A stretch of DNA of 56,644 nucleotides from NCBI GenBank assembly GCA_045577475.1, contig JAZNIM010000087.1, forward strand, positions 1 to 56,644, written 5' to 3'. A program made the position numbers and the translations under genes. Below, one piece after another: positions 17,230 to 26,198 of this stretch (positions within the stretch are counted from its first letter, which is position 1; every line of letters starts with the position of its first letter). Source of the DNA: Eubacteriales bacterium (GTDB lineage: Bacteria; Bacillota; Clostridia; Oscillospirales; CAG-382). Below the pieces are notes generated by a model that searched no databases, was not told where the DNA came from, and was given only the letters and a program-made list of their open reading frames with translations.

Positions 17230-19254
17230 TTACATAACGATTTCATACATCTCGAATATATCCATTTTATCAACATGGATTGTGGCAAAGCCGTCATCAA
17301 ATTTCACGGGCATTTGTGCTCCGTCAGATACTCTTATTACCTTTTTCGGCTTACTTTCCGTTCTTAACGATACATCAAAGTCGTAAAGCTTTCTTGCTCT
17401 GCCCACCTCAAAAATCTGTGTGGTGTTAAGCTGATAGCCGTTTTCTGTCTTAAAGGTAACCACCTCAACGTCTACGGGTGCATCCGTCTTTACAGGCGAA
17501 CAATAGCTGAAAGCATCACAGATAAATTCCGTGAACAGCTCCTGATAATGATAACCCTGCTGACATTCAAAGGGAAGTGCAGACCAGATGACCTCACCCT
17601 TGCCAACCTTTTTTCTGAGAATCACAGGCATGTGGGTATACACACCGGGCGGATTTGAATGAATGGAGGCATATTTAAGCTCTGTCTGTACTGTAAGAGG
17701 CTTTGTCAGGGTTGCAAGCACATCACAGTTCTCATAGCCTTCAAGTATGGGACAAGCTCCCTCATATGCAAGAGGATACTTTGCGGTAAATATACCGAAT
17801 TTGCCCATCTTGTCCGTAGGTGAAATGTAATTTGCTATTTCCTTTGTAAATCCTTCAACAGTAACCCCAAGAAGTGCTTTTACAAGCTCTCTGTTATCCC
17901 AGGAGCTGAAATACAGCTTTCCGCCGTTTTCAACATACTTTATAATTCTTTCGTTGTCGATTTTATCTTCGCATGTGAGCGCTGATGCAATAAGCACCTT
18001 GTATCCGTCAAGGTCATGGAAATGCCCCGTTATGCCGTGAGGTATGTGTTCCTTGACAAAGGCTTCGGCAATATTTACAGCGCCCTCATGATTGGTATAT
18101 GGCATCTTGACAGGCTTGTATTTACCAACGTGAGAGAAGTACAGACCTATGTCCTCAAGCATTTCCCCATGCATTTTGTCTTCAAACTTCTCAGTTTCGC
18201 TGAATACCTCGCCAAGCTGTGCATACACTCTTTCATCCAGTGTTCCTGTAAGGTCAATTGCATCAATAACCAGCGTTGCTCCGTGGTGTGCAAGAGTGTT
18301 GAAAGCTGAGGACAGCATAACGTCCTTGGATTTTGTAAGTGTGTGCTTTCGTAAGGTCTCGCATCTTGCAAACATATATTCATAAGGCTGATTTCTCGTA
18401 ATATTCTTATAGAACTTGCAGGTAAAGGAATGATTGTAGGGACTGCCGTAAAGGTCGCCGCCTGCATAGTCGCAATTGCTGTTTACTTCCTCGGCACAGC
18501 CGTAGTTCACAAGAAGTGCTCCCTGTACAAAGTTCTGCTCAACGCTTACGTCCTTGCCAAAGTACTTCTTTGTTGCGTCATATGTAAGATGTGTGAATTC
18601 TCCCATCCACTCACGGCGCTTATCGAGAAATTTCAGATACCTTTCATCACCGAGGTTGGGACTTGGTATTTCTCCGCCCACCTCATCTGCAAATCTCTTT
18701 TTGCAGTGTCCGCAATGACATTCATAAGGCCAGAAGGGCATGTCATAGAACATACCCTCAACGGTGAAATACTCGCTCATTTCCTTAATCTGGTCTACCA
18801 CAAACTGCCTGTAATCGGGATTGTTGGGACAGCAGTGACCGTATCTTGCACTTAATGCCTCATTAACGGTGGGATTCGGATTTTCAAACCCGTAGTCACG
18901 TCTTGACTTTCCGTTTTTGTCCACCATTTTCCAATCGGGATGCTTGTCGTGCTCACGGGTGTTGTATATAAGGCTGTAATAGCCGATAACATCAATGCCG
19001 TTCTCGTGGCAAAGGTCAACCGTTCTTTTTATAAGGTCCTCCCTGCCGATAAGAGCCTTATGCATGTCGCCGTTTTTGGTGGGATAATAGCAAATACCGC
19101 AGTGTGACTGAAAGTATATCATCGCTGACTGAATTTTTGCCCTTTTCAGGTTTTCAACATAGTTTTCAGGTGAAAACTCAGACAAAAGCATGTCGTCCCA
19201 GTCCTCAATATGCATGTCGCAAAGATGACGTCTGTAGGATTTACTGAACCACAT
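17230..19254 (-). CDS. putative glycoside hydrolase, GHL6-like TIM-barrel with C-terminal beta-galactosidase-trimerisation-like region
   Basis: The N-terminus MWFSKSYRRHLCDMHIEDWD...AMIYFQSHCGICYYPTK...IDVIGYYSLIYN matches my memory of the GHL6 family. AGGAGGAG SD precedes the ATG at 19254. There is no signal peptide. Confidence 0.5.
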   Translation of the reverse strand: MWFSKSYRRHLCDMHIEDWDDMLLSEFSPENYVENLKRAKIQSAMIYFQSHCGICYYPTKNGDMHKALIGREDLIKRTVDLCHENGIDVIGYYSLIYNTREHDKHPDWKMVDKNGKSRRDYGFENPNPTVNEALSARYGHCCPNNPDYRQFVVDQIKEMSEYFTVEGMFYDMPFWPYECHCGHCKKRFADEVGGEIPSPNLGDERYLKFLDKRREWMGEFTHLTYDATKKYFGKDVSVEQNFVQGALLVNYGCAEEVNSNCDYAGGDLYGSPYNHSFTCKFYKNITRNQPYEYMFARCETLRKHTLTKSKDVMLSSAFNTLAHHGATLVIDAIDLTGTLDERVYAQLGEVFSETEKFEDKMHGEMLEDIGLYFSHVGKYKPVKMPYTNHEGAVNIAEAFVKEHIPHGITGHFHDLDGYKVLIASALTCEDKIDNERIIKYVENGGKLYFSSWDNRELVKALLGVTVEGFTKEIANYISPTDKMGKFGIFTAKYPLAYEGACPILEGYENCDVLATLTKPLTVQTELKYASIHSNPPGVYTHMPVILRKKVGKGEVIWSALPFECQQGYHYQELFTEFICDAFSYCSPVKTDAPVDVEVVTFKTENGYQLNTTQIFEVGRARKLYDFDVSLRTESKPKKVIRVSDGAQMPVKFDDGFATIHVDKMDIFEMYEIVM

Positions 19255-19300
19255 ATTCTCTCCTCCTGATACTGTTTTTTCTATAATACCATATTTCCAA

Positions 19301-19654
19301 TCAGATTTCAAGCTCGGGATTTTCCGCAAAGTGCTTGAGCATAACTATAGGCTCAGTCCCGGAGGTGTTTACAATTGTAACCCCTTCCTTTGCCGCCTTT
19401 TCGGTAACAAAAAATTCGTCGTTTGTCAGCTCACCGTAGCGTATAAGAGTGGGAGTTTCAATGTCCCAATCGCCGAATTTTCCCCTACCCTGAATAAGTA
19501 TAAAGCCGTATGCCGCCGCATCCTTTATAACAGCCGTCTGACCGGGGTATACCGTCAGCCGCTTTGCAGGTCTGCAAAATGAACGGGGTACCCAGGTGGG
19601 TGCAAGTCTTAATATTCCTTTTCCTTCTTCAAGCAGCTTTTTAGCAAGTGACAT
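19301..19654 (-). CDS. small cupin-domain protein
   Basis: 117 aa with a beta-rich C-terminal cupin-like pattern (GFILIQGRGKFGDWDIETP...FFVTEKAAKEGVTIVN). AGGAGG SD. It is the first gene of a two-gene unit with the GHL6-like gene. Confidence 0.5.
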   Translation of the reverse strand: MSLAKKLLEEGKGILRLAPTWVPRSFCRPAKRLTVYPGQTAVIKDAAAYGFILIQGRGKFGDWDIETPTLIRYGELTNDEFFVTEKAAKEGVTIVNTSGTEPIVMLKHFAENPELEI

Positions 19655-19748
19655 AGTAAAACCTCCTGTTTTTATTTAATTATAACAGGTTACATCACAC
19701 ATAAAAATCAACAACTGTTTCAAATAATAGCATTTTTGTTCTTTTATG

Positions 19749-19777
19749 TTGACTTTGTGCTGTTTTGATGCTACAAT
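19749..19777 (+). promoter_or_regulatory. sigma-A promoter for the AraC-family regulator
   Basis: TTGACT-17 nt-TACAAT. Confidence 0.6.
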
Positions 19778-19799
19778 TTTCTTGTAAGGAGGCGTGTGT

Positions 19800-20642
19800 A
19801 TGCTATCCATTGTAAAGCATGAGCTTATGCAAACCTTAGAGCATTTCTACAACGTAACGGGAATAAAAATCGTGCTGTACGACAACACAAGAAACGTGCT
19901 TGTAACATATCCCGAGGCTTTCAATCCATTCTGCACGCAAGTCAGAGGTGTGGAGTGTCTTAGAAAACGCTGTCTTGACTGCGACAACCACGGCTTCGAT
20001 ATGTGCGACAAAACGGGACAGCCTTATATTTACAAATGCCACCTGTCCATCACCGAGGCAATTGCACCCATTTATGCAGGCGACACAAAGCTTGGATATC
20101 TCATGTTCGGTCAGGTGTTATGCGAGGACGACATAAAAAAAGCAAGAAGGTGTGCTCTGGAAACAGCCAAAAATTTCGGTGTTAATGAAAAAGAGCTGTT
20201 AGCCTCCCTTGACACCTTTACCACAGCCTCAACAACCTATCTTGCCTCTGCACTTAAAATAATGAGCATGTGTGCAGGATATTTATACACCAATGAGATT
20301 ATCAAAAACAGCTCTGATGCTCTTGCAGGACGACTGAAGGAATACATAATCAGCCACATTGCCGAAAATCTTGACACAAAACAATTATGTAACGTGTTTT
20401 ACGTTTCAAAATCCAAGCTTTATAAGACCTCGCTGTCCGCCTTTGGCATGGGAATTACCCAATACATAAGGCATGAAAGAATTGAGAAAGCGAAAAAGCT
20501 GCTCACATCAACCTCTGAGTCAATATCGAGCATTGCCGCATTGACAGGTATTAACGACACAAACTATTTTTCAAGAATTTTTAAAGAAAGCACTTCACTT
20601 ACGCCGAGGCAGTACAGACAAAAGCAAATCCGAGGTTCATAA
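19800..20642 (+). CDS. AraC-family transcriptional regulator with N-terminal PocR-like sensor domain
   Basis: The C-terminus is an HTH_18 pattern (ISSIAALTGINDTNYFSRIFKESTSLTPRQYR). The N-terminal Cys-containing region (CLRKRCLDCD...YKCHLSITEAIAPI) resembles PocR. AAGGAGG SD precedes the ATG at 19800. Confidence 0.8.
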   Translation: MLSIVKHELMQTLEHFYNVTGIKIVLYDNTRNVLVTYPEAFNPFCTQVRGVECLRKRCLDCDNHGFDMCDKTGQPYIYKCHLSITEAIAPIYAGDTKLGYLMFGQVLCEDDIKKARRCALETAKNFGVNEKELLASLDTFTTASTTYLASALKIMSMCAGYLYTNEIIKNSSDALAGRLKEYIISHIAENLDTKQLCNVFYVSKSKLYKTSLSAFGMGITQYIRHERIEKAKKLLTSTSESISSIAALTGINDTNYFSRIFKESTSLTPRQYRQKQIRGS

Positions 20643-20655
20643 GCCTCGGATTTTT
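20629..20655 (+). terminator. intrinsic terminator overlapping the regulator stop
   Basis: tccgagg-ttcataag-cctcgga followed by ttttt. Confidence 0.7.
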
Positions 20656-20675
20656 ATTATATTCTCTTAAAGCAG

Positions 20676-22283
20676 TTAATCGTACAAATGAATTCCCTCA
20701 CACACACGCAGATTTAACAGCTTGTTTTCAGTCTGCTTATCAAACCCCATTTCAAGGCTCACATTCCTGTCAAAACGGGTAAAGCCAAACTGCCTTTTTT
20801 CTCCGCCGTCGCAAAATACACCGTCTGTCACAAAGTAAACAGCACACACGCCGCCGTCAAATACCGCCGTCACGGTGTGATTTCTGCCGTCGGACAGAAT
20901 TTTATCGTCATTGATAAATTCAAGTTTATCCTGACCTTTTTTTACGGTGAGCTTTATGTCGCCGTTTTCCTCACGTGTTATACAAAGTGTATCCGAGGAG
21001 TACAAAATCCCCTTTTCCTCACCTGTTTCAAAGCGAATACTGCAGGATTTTTCATTGCCAACAGACAAAGCCGCACCGTCTGTGTTTTTCCAGTCTGCCG
21101 TTTCAGAGGGACTTCCCCAAAGGCTCTCCACCTGCTTTTTGTCAAGCTTATGTACTCTTGCAATTGTTTTCTGAGTTTCGGTAAGGTAATACTCTCCCCC
21201 GTCCTCAACAAGGTCGGGATAGCTTATTCTCACCTTTGCATCCTCATCATACAAAAACGGCTGAGGCTGACCGAAATTAAGAACCATTCCATTTTCCGTC
21301 ATACATTCCACAGCACCGCACAGCCAGACGGGATTTCTGTCGTCATAGCCTTTTCCGCCGTGGTTGTGAAACCAGTAAACATACTTGCCGTTTTCGCATT
21401 TCCATATAAAATTCGCAGCTCTCGGGTGTTTTACACGTCTGCCGTTAGCAAACCTCAGCGGCTCAGGGTGTGAAAAGCTATGGCAATTGTCACGGCTGTA
21501 TGCACAGTAGGGACTGCCCGAAATTGTCCTGAACACGCAAAAAACCGTTCCATCGGACAGACGTACAAAGCTGTGCTCCTCCGAAATAATGCTGACATCC
21601 TTTGGTGCACGTATGCCGATATCCCCGTCGGGAAGCGTGTTCCATACCAGCTTTTCGGGATTTTTTTCGGTGTTGATGTTAGGACATTCAAGCAAAACGC
21701 CCTCGCTGTGCTCCATAAAGGTGCGTCCGAACTCACGGATTTTATACAGCGGAACAAGCACTCTGTCCTCAATCTCAAAAGGCTTTCCCACATTCCAGAA
21801 GTACTTTATTTCACCCTTATACGGGTTTAGCCTGTCAACCTCAAAGGTTCGCTGGGGTATATCGTACCACTTATCCGACCAGCTCAGTCCGTTATCATCG
21901 CTGTAACGGAGCACAAAGTGCCCCTGCGTATCAACACGGTAACACAGACCGTCTTTATAATCGGGGTGCGATGCAATTATGCTTCTTGTATTATCGGCGT
22001 TGAAGTTATAAAAGCAGTATATACGTCCGTATTTTGTCTTATACAAAACGGAATATGAGGATTCAGGCAGATTTTCAGGAGAAACATCGGTAATATCCTT
22101 CCAGCTTTTGCCCTTGTCACAGCTTCTCAGAGAAACCACATGCTGTCCCGCCGAGCCTTCCTCAAGACCGCCTACCGTTATTGTCATAAGCCAGTGACCG
22201 TCATCCGTTTTCACAATATAAGGCTGGTCACTGTAGCCGTCGCTGCGGATAGTATTGCCGTTTTTGATATTTCTGATATCCAT
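20676..22283 (-). CDS. BNR/Asp-box repeat (sialidase-like beta-propeller) protein with C-terminal lectin/LamG-like domain
   Basis: Asp-box motifs SLRSCDKGKSW and RYSDDNGLSWSD are present. 535 aa, no signal peptide, AGGAGGAAG SD. Confidence 0.6.
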   Translation of the reverse strand: MDIRNIKNGNTIRSDGYSDQPYIVKTDDGHWLMTITVGGLEEGSAGQHVVSLRSCDKGKSWKDITDVSPENLPESSYSVLYKTKYGRIYCFYNFNADNTRSIIASHPDYKDGLCYRVDTQGHFVLRYSDDNGLSWSDKWYDIPQRTFEVDRLNPYKGEIKYFWNVGKPFEIEDRVLVPLYKIREFGRTFMEHSEGVLLECPNINTEKNPEKLVWNTLPDGDIGIRAPKDVSIISEEHSFVRLSDGTVFCVFRTISGSPYCAYSRDNCHSFSHPEPLRFANGRRVKHPRAANFIWKCENGKYVYWFHNHGGKGYDDRNPVWLCGAVECMTENGMVLNFGQPQPFLYDEDAKVRISYPDLVEDGGEYYLTETQKTIARVHKLDKKQVESLWGSPSETADWKNTDGAALSVGNEKSCSIRFETGEEKGILYSSDTLCITREENGDIKLTVKKGQDKLEFINDDKILSDGRNHTVTAVFDGGVCAVYFVTDGVFCDGGEKRQFGFTRFDRNVSLEMGFDKQTENKLLNLRVCEGIHLYD

Positions 22284-22350
22284 GGTGCTTCCTCCTTTTT
22301 TATGATTATATAATACATATCACTGCATGTCAACGGTATATTGGGAAGTA

Positions 22351-22380
22351 ACAAAAGAACTGTGCTTTTTTGCACAGTCC
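22351..22380 (-). terminator. intrinsic terminator after the malic enzyme gene
   Basis: gaactgtgc-tttttt-gcacagt(c)c palindrome flanked by A/T runs. Confidence 0.6.
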
Positions 22381-22390
22381 TCAGTCACAC

Positions 22391-23545
22391 TTATTCTTTA
22401 TAAGCCTCGGCAACCGCCTTTGCAACCGTTTTGCAGACTCTCTCGTCAAAAGCCTTTGGAAGAATATAATCCTCATTCAGCTCGTCATCGGAAATAAGAT
22501 TTGCAAGTGCATAGGATGCCGCAATTTTCATTTCCTCCGTAATTGCCTTTGCTCTTACGTCAAGCGCACCTCTGAAAATACCGGGAAAAGCAAGCACATT
22601 GTTAATCTGGTTTGGAAAATCACTTCTTCCCGTACCCACAATTCTTGCTCCTGCAGCCTTTGCTTCATCGGGCATAATCTCAGGCGTGGGATTTGCCATG
22701 GCAAACACAACAGCATCCTTATTCATGCTCTTAACCATTTCGGCAGTAACAAGCTTTGGCTTTGACAGTCCGAAGAACACATCCGCACCCTTCATTACTT
22801 CGGCAAGCGTTCCTCTTTCATGGTTGGGATTTGTAATCCTTGACAGTGCCTCGTGCTCAAAATTCATCTGCTCGTCACCTTCGCAAATTGCACCGTTCTT
22901 ATCGCACATGATAAGATTCTTAACGCCCACCTTAAGCATAAGCCTTCCGATTGCACAGCCTGCCGCACCTGAACCGTTGATTACAACCTTGATTTCCTCA
23001 ATCTTCTTTCCTGTCAGACGCATGGAATTTATAAGTGCCGCCACCGCAATAACCGCCGTTCCGTGCTGGTCATCGTGGAATATGGGAATATCACAGCGTT
23101 CCTTGAGCTTTCTTTCAATTTCAAAGCATCTGGGTGCACCGATATCCTCAAGGTTTATGCCGCCGAATGAGCCGCACAGAAGCTCTACCGTTCTTACAAT
23201 CTCGTCTACATCCTTGCTTCTGATACAAAGCGGAATTGCATCTATATCGCCGTACTCCTTGAAAAGAAGGCACTTTCCTTCCATAACAGGCATCCCTGCC
23301 TCGGGACCGATGTCGCCAAGTCCGAGAACCGCCGTACCGTCTGTAATTACCGCAACGGTATTCCAACGGCGTGTAAGGTCAAAGGACTTGCTTACATCCT
23401 TTTGTATTTCAAGGCAAGGCTCGGCAACACCGGGAGTATACGCAAGTGCAAGAGCCTCGGAGGTGTCTGCTTTTACGTTTGCTTTGATGGAAATTTTGCC
23501 CTTCCATTCGTAGTGCTTTTTAAGGGATTCTTTTCTGATGTCCAT
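22391..23545 (-). CDS. NAD(P)-dependent malic enzyme (short form)
   Basis: LALAYTPGVAEPC, VAVITDGTAVLGLGDIG and INGSGAAG Rossmann motifs are present. The start at MDIRKESL follows a GGAGAA SD. Confidence 0.85.
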   Translation of the reverse strand: MDIRKESLKKHYEWKGKISIKANVKADTSEALALAYTPGVAEPCLEIQKDVSKSFDLTRRWNTVAVITDGTAVLGLGDIGPEAGMPVMEGKCLLFKEYGDIDAIPLCIRSKDVDEIVRTVELLCGSFGGINLEDIGAPRCFEIERKLKERCDIPIFHDDQHGTAVIAVAALINSMRLTGKKIEEIKVVINGSGAAGCAIGRLMLKVGVKNLIMCDKNGAICEGDEQMNFEHEALSRITNPNHERGTLAEVMKGADVFFGLSKPKLVTAEMVKSMNKDAVVFAMANPTPEIMPDEAKAAGARIVGTGRSDFPNQINNVLAFPGIFRGALDVRAKAITEEMKIAASYALANLISDDELNEDYILPKAFDERVCKTVAKAVAEAYKE

Positions 23546-23614
23546 TTTTTCGTTTTCTCCGTTTTTCACTAAAAAAAGGAAAGCCTGTTTTACAGGCAAT
23601 CCTTTAATTTTTAT

Positions 23615-24388
23615 TTATGCCATGTACTTCTTGAGGAAGTCTGCACTCATCTTGAGGCTTGCAAGAGGACTTCCGGGCCATCTGTCCTGCTCTACACAGT
23701 AGTTGGTAACACCGATTTTTTCTGCTGTTTCAAGAACGCCGTCCCAGTAAATACATCCGTTTCCTACTTCTGTCATTGTGGGAACAAGTCTGCCGCCTTC
23801 GTTTACAATCATAATGTCCTTGAGGTGGAGAATATCAATTCTGCCTGCCAGCTTTTCCATCCATTCTCTTACATCAGAGCCGCCTGCTGCAACCCAGCAT
23901 GTGTCGAGAACAAAGCTTGTTGTAGCCTTGTCAAGACCTTCATAAAGCTTATCCATGATTGTCTTGTAGCCGTCGATGCGAACAAATTCAAAGTTGTGGT
24001 TGTGGTATGTAAGCTTAAAGCCCTTCTTTGCGTAAACTTCTGCTGTCTTGTTGAACTGAGCGATGAACTCATCAAGACTTTCCTTGTTTGTTCTTGCATT
24101 GCCGGGCATACCGCCGATACCAACATTCTTTGTGCCCCACTTGTCGTGGATTTCCATTGTCTTTTCGGGGTCGTTTACAATCTTGTTCCAATCATAGTGA
24201 GAACCGATGATGCTGATGCCATGCTTTGCCATAAGGTCGGCACAGAATTCGTCTGTATCGTCAATGCAAGCTGTGTGACATTCGGAATATCCCATATCTG
24301 CAACTGCCTTGAAGGCTGCATCTGCGATTTCCTTATCCTTTATAAAATCACGGATTGTGTAAAGCTGAAAGCCTAATTTCTTAAACAT
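23615..24388 (-). CDS. sugar phosphate isomerase/epimerase (xylose-isomerase-like TIM barrel) family protein
   Basis: MFKKLGFQLYTIRD..., YHNHNFEF and HLKD motifs are typical of the AP-endonuclease-2/TIM barrel family. Confidence 0.75.
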   Translation of the reverse strand: MFKKLGFQLYTIRDFIKDKEIADAAFKAVADMGYSECHTACIDDTDEFCADLMAKHGISIIGSHYDWNKIVNDPEKTMEIHDKWGTKNVGIGGMPGNARTNKESLDEFIAQFNKTAEVYAKKGFKLTYHNHNFEFVRIDGYKTIMDKLYEGLDKATTSFVLDTCWVAAGGSDVREWMEKLAGRIDILHLKDIMIVNEGGRLVPTMTEVGNGCIYWDGVLETAEKIGVTNYCVEQDRWPGSPLASLKMSADFLKKYMA

Positions 24389-24595
24389 AGTCATTACCTC
24401 ACATAAAAATATTTGTATTTTAATTATAATACACTTTACGCCCCAATTCAAGAGGTTTTGAAAAGTTTTTTATAACTATCGTATTTTTTATCAGCACAGC
24501 TATACGTTTTCCCCCGTGTCACCCTCAAATCGGGTTTCATAGTATGTAGTGACGAAGTAATTCGTCCATACCAACTTACAGAAAGGAACCTGACT

Positions 24596-25396
24596 ATGGC
24601 ATATTGGAACGGTTCATGCAGAAATAACGGTTGCAGATGCAACAATAATACAAACACCGGTGCAGGCTGTGTTTGCGACAACAACGGCAATTGCAGCTGC
24701 TCAAACGGCATAGGCGGATGTAATACAGGCTCTTGCGGATGCAACACAAACACTTGTGGATGCAACAACAGCGGCGTAGGCGGATGTAACACGAACACTT
24801 GCGGATGCAACCGCCCCTGTTATCCCAACAGACCTTCGGTTTGTCCCATTTGTCCTCCCGGCACATTTCCCTGTCCCTGCAGACCCCCTTTTTTTCGTCC
24901 TGACTGGAATGTAGGTCCTTGCAACACCTGCAACGGCAACGGAAACAACGCTTGCGGTTGCAACGGTAATGTCGACAGTGCCTTTGCATTCCTTAATTCC
25001 ACCGGTTCAAACCTCACCACAGGCAGCATTGTTCCCCTCAGATACGTCCTCGGAACAGGCAGCCTTGCAAAGAACACCTCAGGCGGTACTGTAAGCCTTG
25101 ACAGTGGCACATACAGCATTGCATATTCTCTTAGCGGTATTGCTCCCGAAGCAGGCATTACAGTAACCGTAACTCCCGAATACGGCGGAGTTCTTCACCC
25201 TGAATTTGCTCGCTCCTTCACTTCCTCCGCAGCCGCTCAGAGCTTTGAGCTTTCAGGACTCTTTGCGGTAACACTTCCCACAGACACAACTGTCAGCCTT
25301 AATGTGACCTTCACAGGTGACGTAGCAGCCGATGCTTCAATCACAGGTGTAAATGCTTCAATGCTTGTCAAAAAAATGTACGATACCGTAAGCTGA
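24596..25396 (+). CDS. Cys/Asn-rich repeat protein with BclA-C-terminal-like (TNF/C1q-like) domain; candidate spore-surface protein
   Basis: 266 aa. Residues 1 to about 125 contain roughly 30 Cys in GCN/CGCN repeats with no signal peptide. Residues from about 128 to 266 parallel the Bacillus BclA C-terminal domain by eye (AFAFLNSTG.., IVPLRYV, DSGTYSIAYSL, NASMLVKKM). A bidirectional terminator follows. Confidence 0.6.
   Translation: MAYWNGSCRNNGCRCNNNTNTGAGCVCDNNGNCSCSNGIGGCNTGSCGCNTNTCGCNNSGVGGCNTNTCGCNRPCYPNRPSVCPICPPGTFPCPCRPPFFRPDWNVGPCNTCNGNGNNACGCNGNVDSAFAFLNSTGSNLTTGSIVPLRYVLGTGSLAKNTSGGTVSLDSGTYSIAYSLSGIAPEAGITVTVTPEYGGVLHPEFARSFTSSAAAQSFELSGLFAVTLPTDTTVSLNVTFTGDVAADASITGVNASMLVKKMYDTVS
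24713..24811 (+). repeat. in-frame coding repeat (66-bp period) encoding GGCNT(G/N)(S/T)CGCN
   Basis: ggcggatgtaatacaggctcttgcggatgcaac (24713-24745) versus ggcggatgtaacacgaacacttgcggatgcaac (24779-24811). Confidence 0.85.
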
Positions 25397-25415
25397 CAAT
25401 TATATGTATGCAAAA

Positions 25416-25443
25416 GGACTGCCTTACTTTTGTAAGGCAGTCC
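25416..25443. terminator. bidirectional terminator between convergent genes
   Basis: ggactgcctta-cttttg-taaggcagtcc, an 11-bp perfect stem. Confidence 0.75.
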
Positions 25444-25450
25444 AACTGTT

Positions 25451-26176
25451 TTATTCCTCGTCTTTATGTCTGTAATAATTGCTGTATTTCTTGTTGCGTC
25501 CGTTGATTTTGGTTCTTGCTCGGTTGAAAACAATACCGAGAATTTTCGCTTCGGCAAACTTGAGGTTTTTAACAGCCTCCTGAATTTCAGGATATGAGGT
25601 TCTGTTATTAGAAGCCACAACCACAACACCGTCAATCTTCTTGCAAAGAGGTATTGCATCCGAAACAACCGTCACGGGAGGCGTGTCTACAATTACCACA
25701 TCAAACAGCTCATCAAGCTTTTCAAAAAGCTTATCAACATGTTTTCCCGAAAGAAGCTCTGAGGGGTTTGGCGGAAGTATGCCTGAAGGAATCAGATACA
25801 GATTGTCCACATCGGGTACTTTCTGTATACATTCCTCCACACCGCTCTGTCCCGACAGTATGTTTGAAAGACCTTTTTTTGCATTCAAGCCGAAATACTT
25901 ATGGGTTGTAGGCTTTCTGAGATCTGCATCAACTATAACCACTCTCATTTCAGCCTGTGCGAAGGTGATGGCAGTATTCACACTTACGGTTGTCTTTCCG
26001 TCACCGGGATTTGCGCTGGTAAACAGTATTCTTTTTGCTCTGTTTTCTTCTGCGGGAATTGAGAAGAGAATGTTGGTTCTCAGTGTTTTATACGCTTCAA
26101 CCACACGGAAAACAGGCTTTTTTATTATTGTTTCAAAGGTTCTGCGGCTTTTTGTGCCGTTTGCGCTCAACAACAT
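25451..26176 (-). CDS. CpsD/CapB-family bacterial tyrosine (BY) kinase
   Basis: Walker A SANPGDGKTT, Walker A' VVIVDADLRKP, Walker B VVIVDTPPV and a C-terminal Tyr-containing tail KKYSNYYRH. Confidence 0.85.
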   Translation of the reverse strand: MLLSANGTKSRRTFETIIKKPVFRVVEAYKTLRTNILFSIPAEENRAKRILFTSANPGDGKTTVSVNTAITFAQAEMRVVIVDADLRKPTTHKYFGLNAKKGLSNILSGQSGVEECIQKVPDVDNLYLIPSGILPPNPSELLSGKHVDKLFEKLDELFDVVIVDTPPVTVVSDAIPLCKKIDGVVVVASNNRTSYPEIQEAVKNLKFAEAKILGIVFNRARTKINGRNKKYSNYYRHKDEE

Positions 26177-26198
26177 ATATTCTACCTTCCTTTCCGCT

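Noticed and set aside
19255-19329. Upstream extension of the GHL6-like ORF that overlaps the cupin gene.
   Set aside because: A strong AGGAGGAG SD sits directly before the ATG at 19254, and family members begin near MWFSKSY.
22599-23513. Long antisense ORFs opposite well-supported genes. Examples are the 304 aa opposite the malic enzyme, 42179-43066 opposite pgk, 48598-49239 opposite the CNNM gene, 25641-26330 opposite the BY-kinase, 666-1307 opposite iorA and 27172-27606 opposite aroK.
   Set aside because: Their products are low-complexity Ser/Pro/Ala/Cys-rich strings with no motifs and no SD. Each lies fully inside a gene with clear family signatures, so they are shadow ORFs created by codon bias.
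24448-24989. Minus-strand ORFs of 120 and 131 aa (His/Pro/Leu-rich and Cys/Arg-rich) across the GCN-repeat region.
   Set aside because: They are mirror images of the low-complexity repeat. Only the plus-strand frame continues into a globular C-terminal domain and ends at a terminator.
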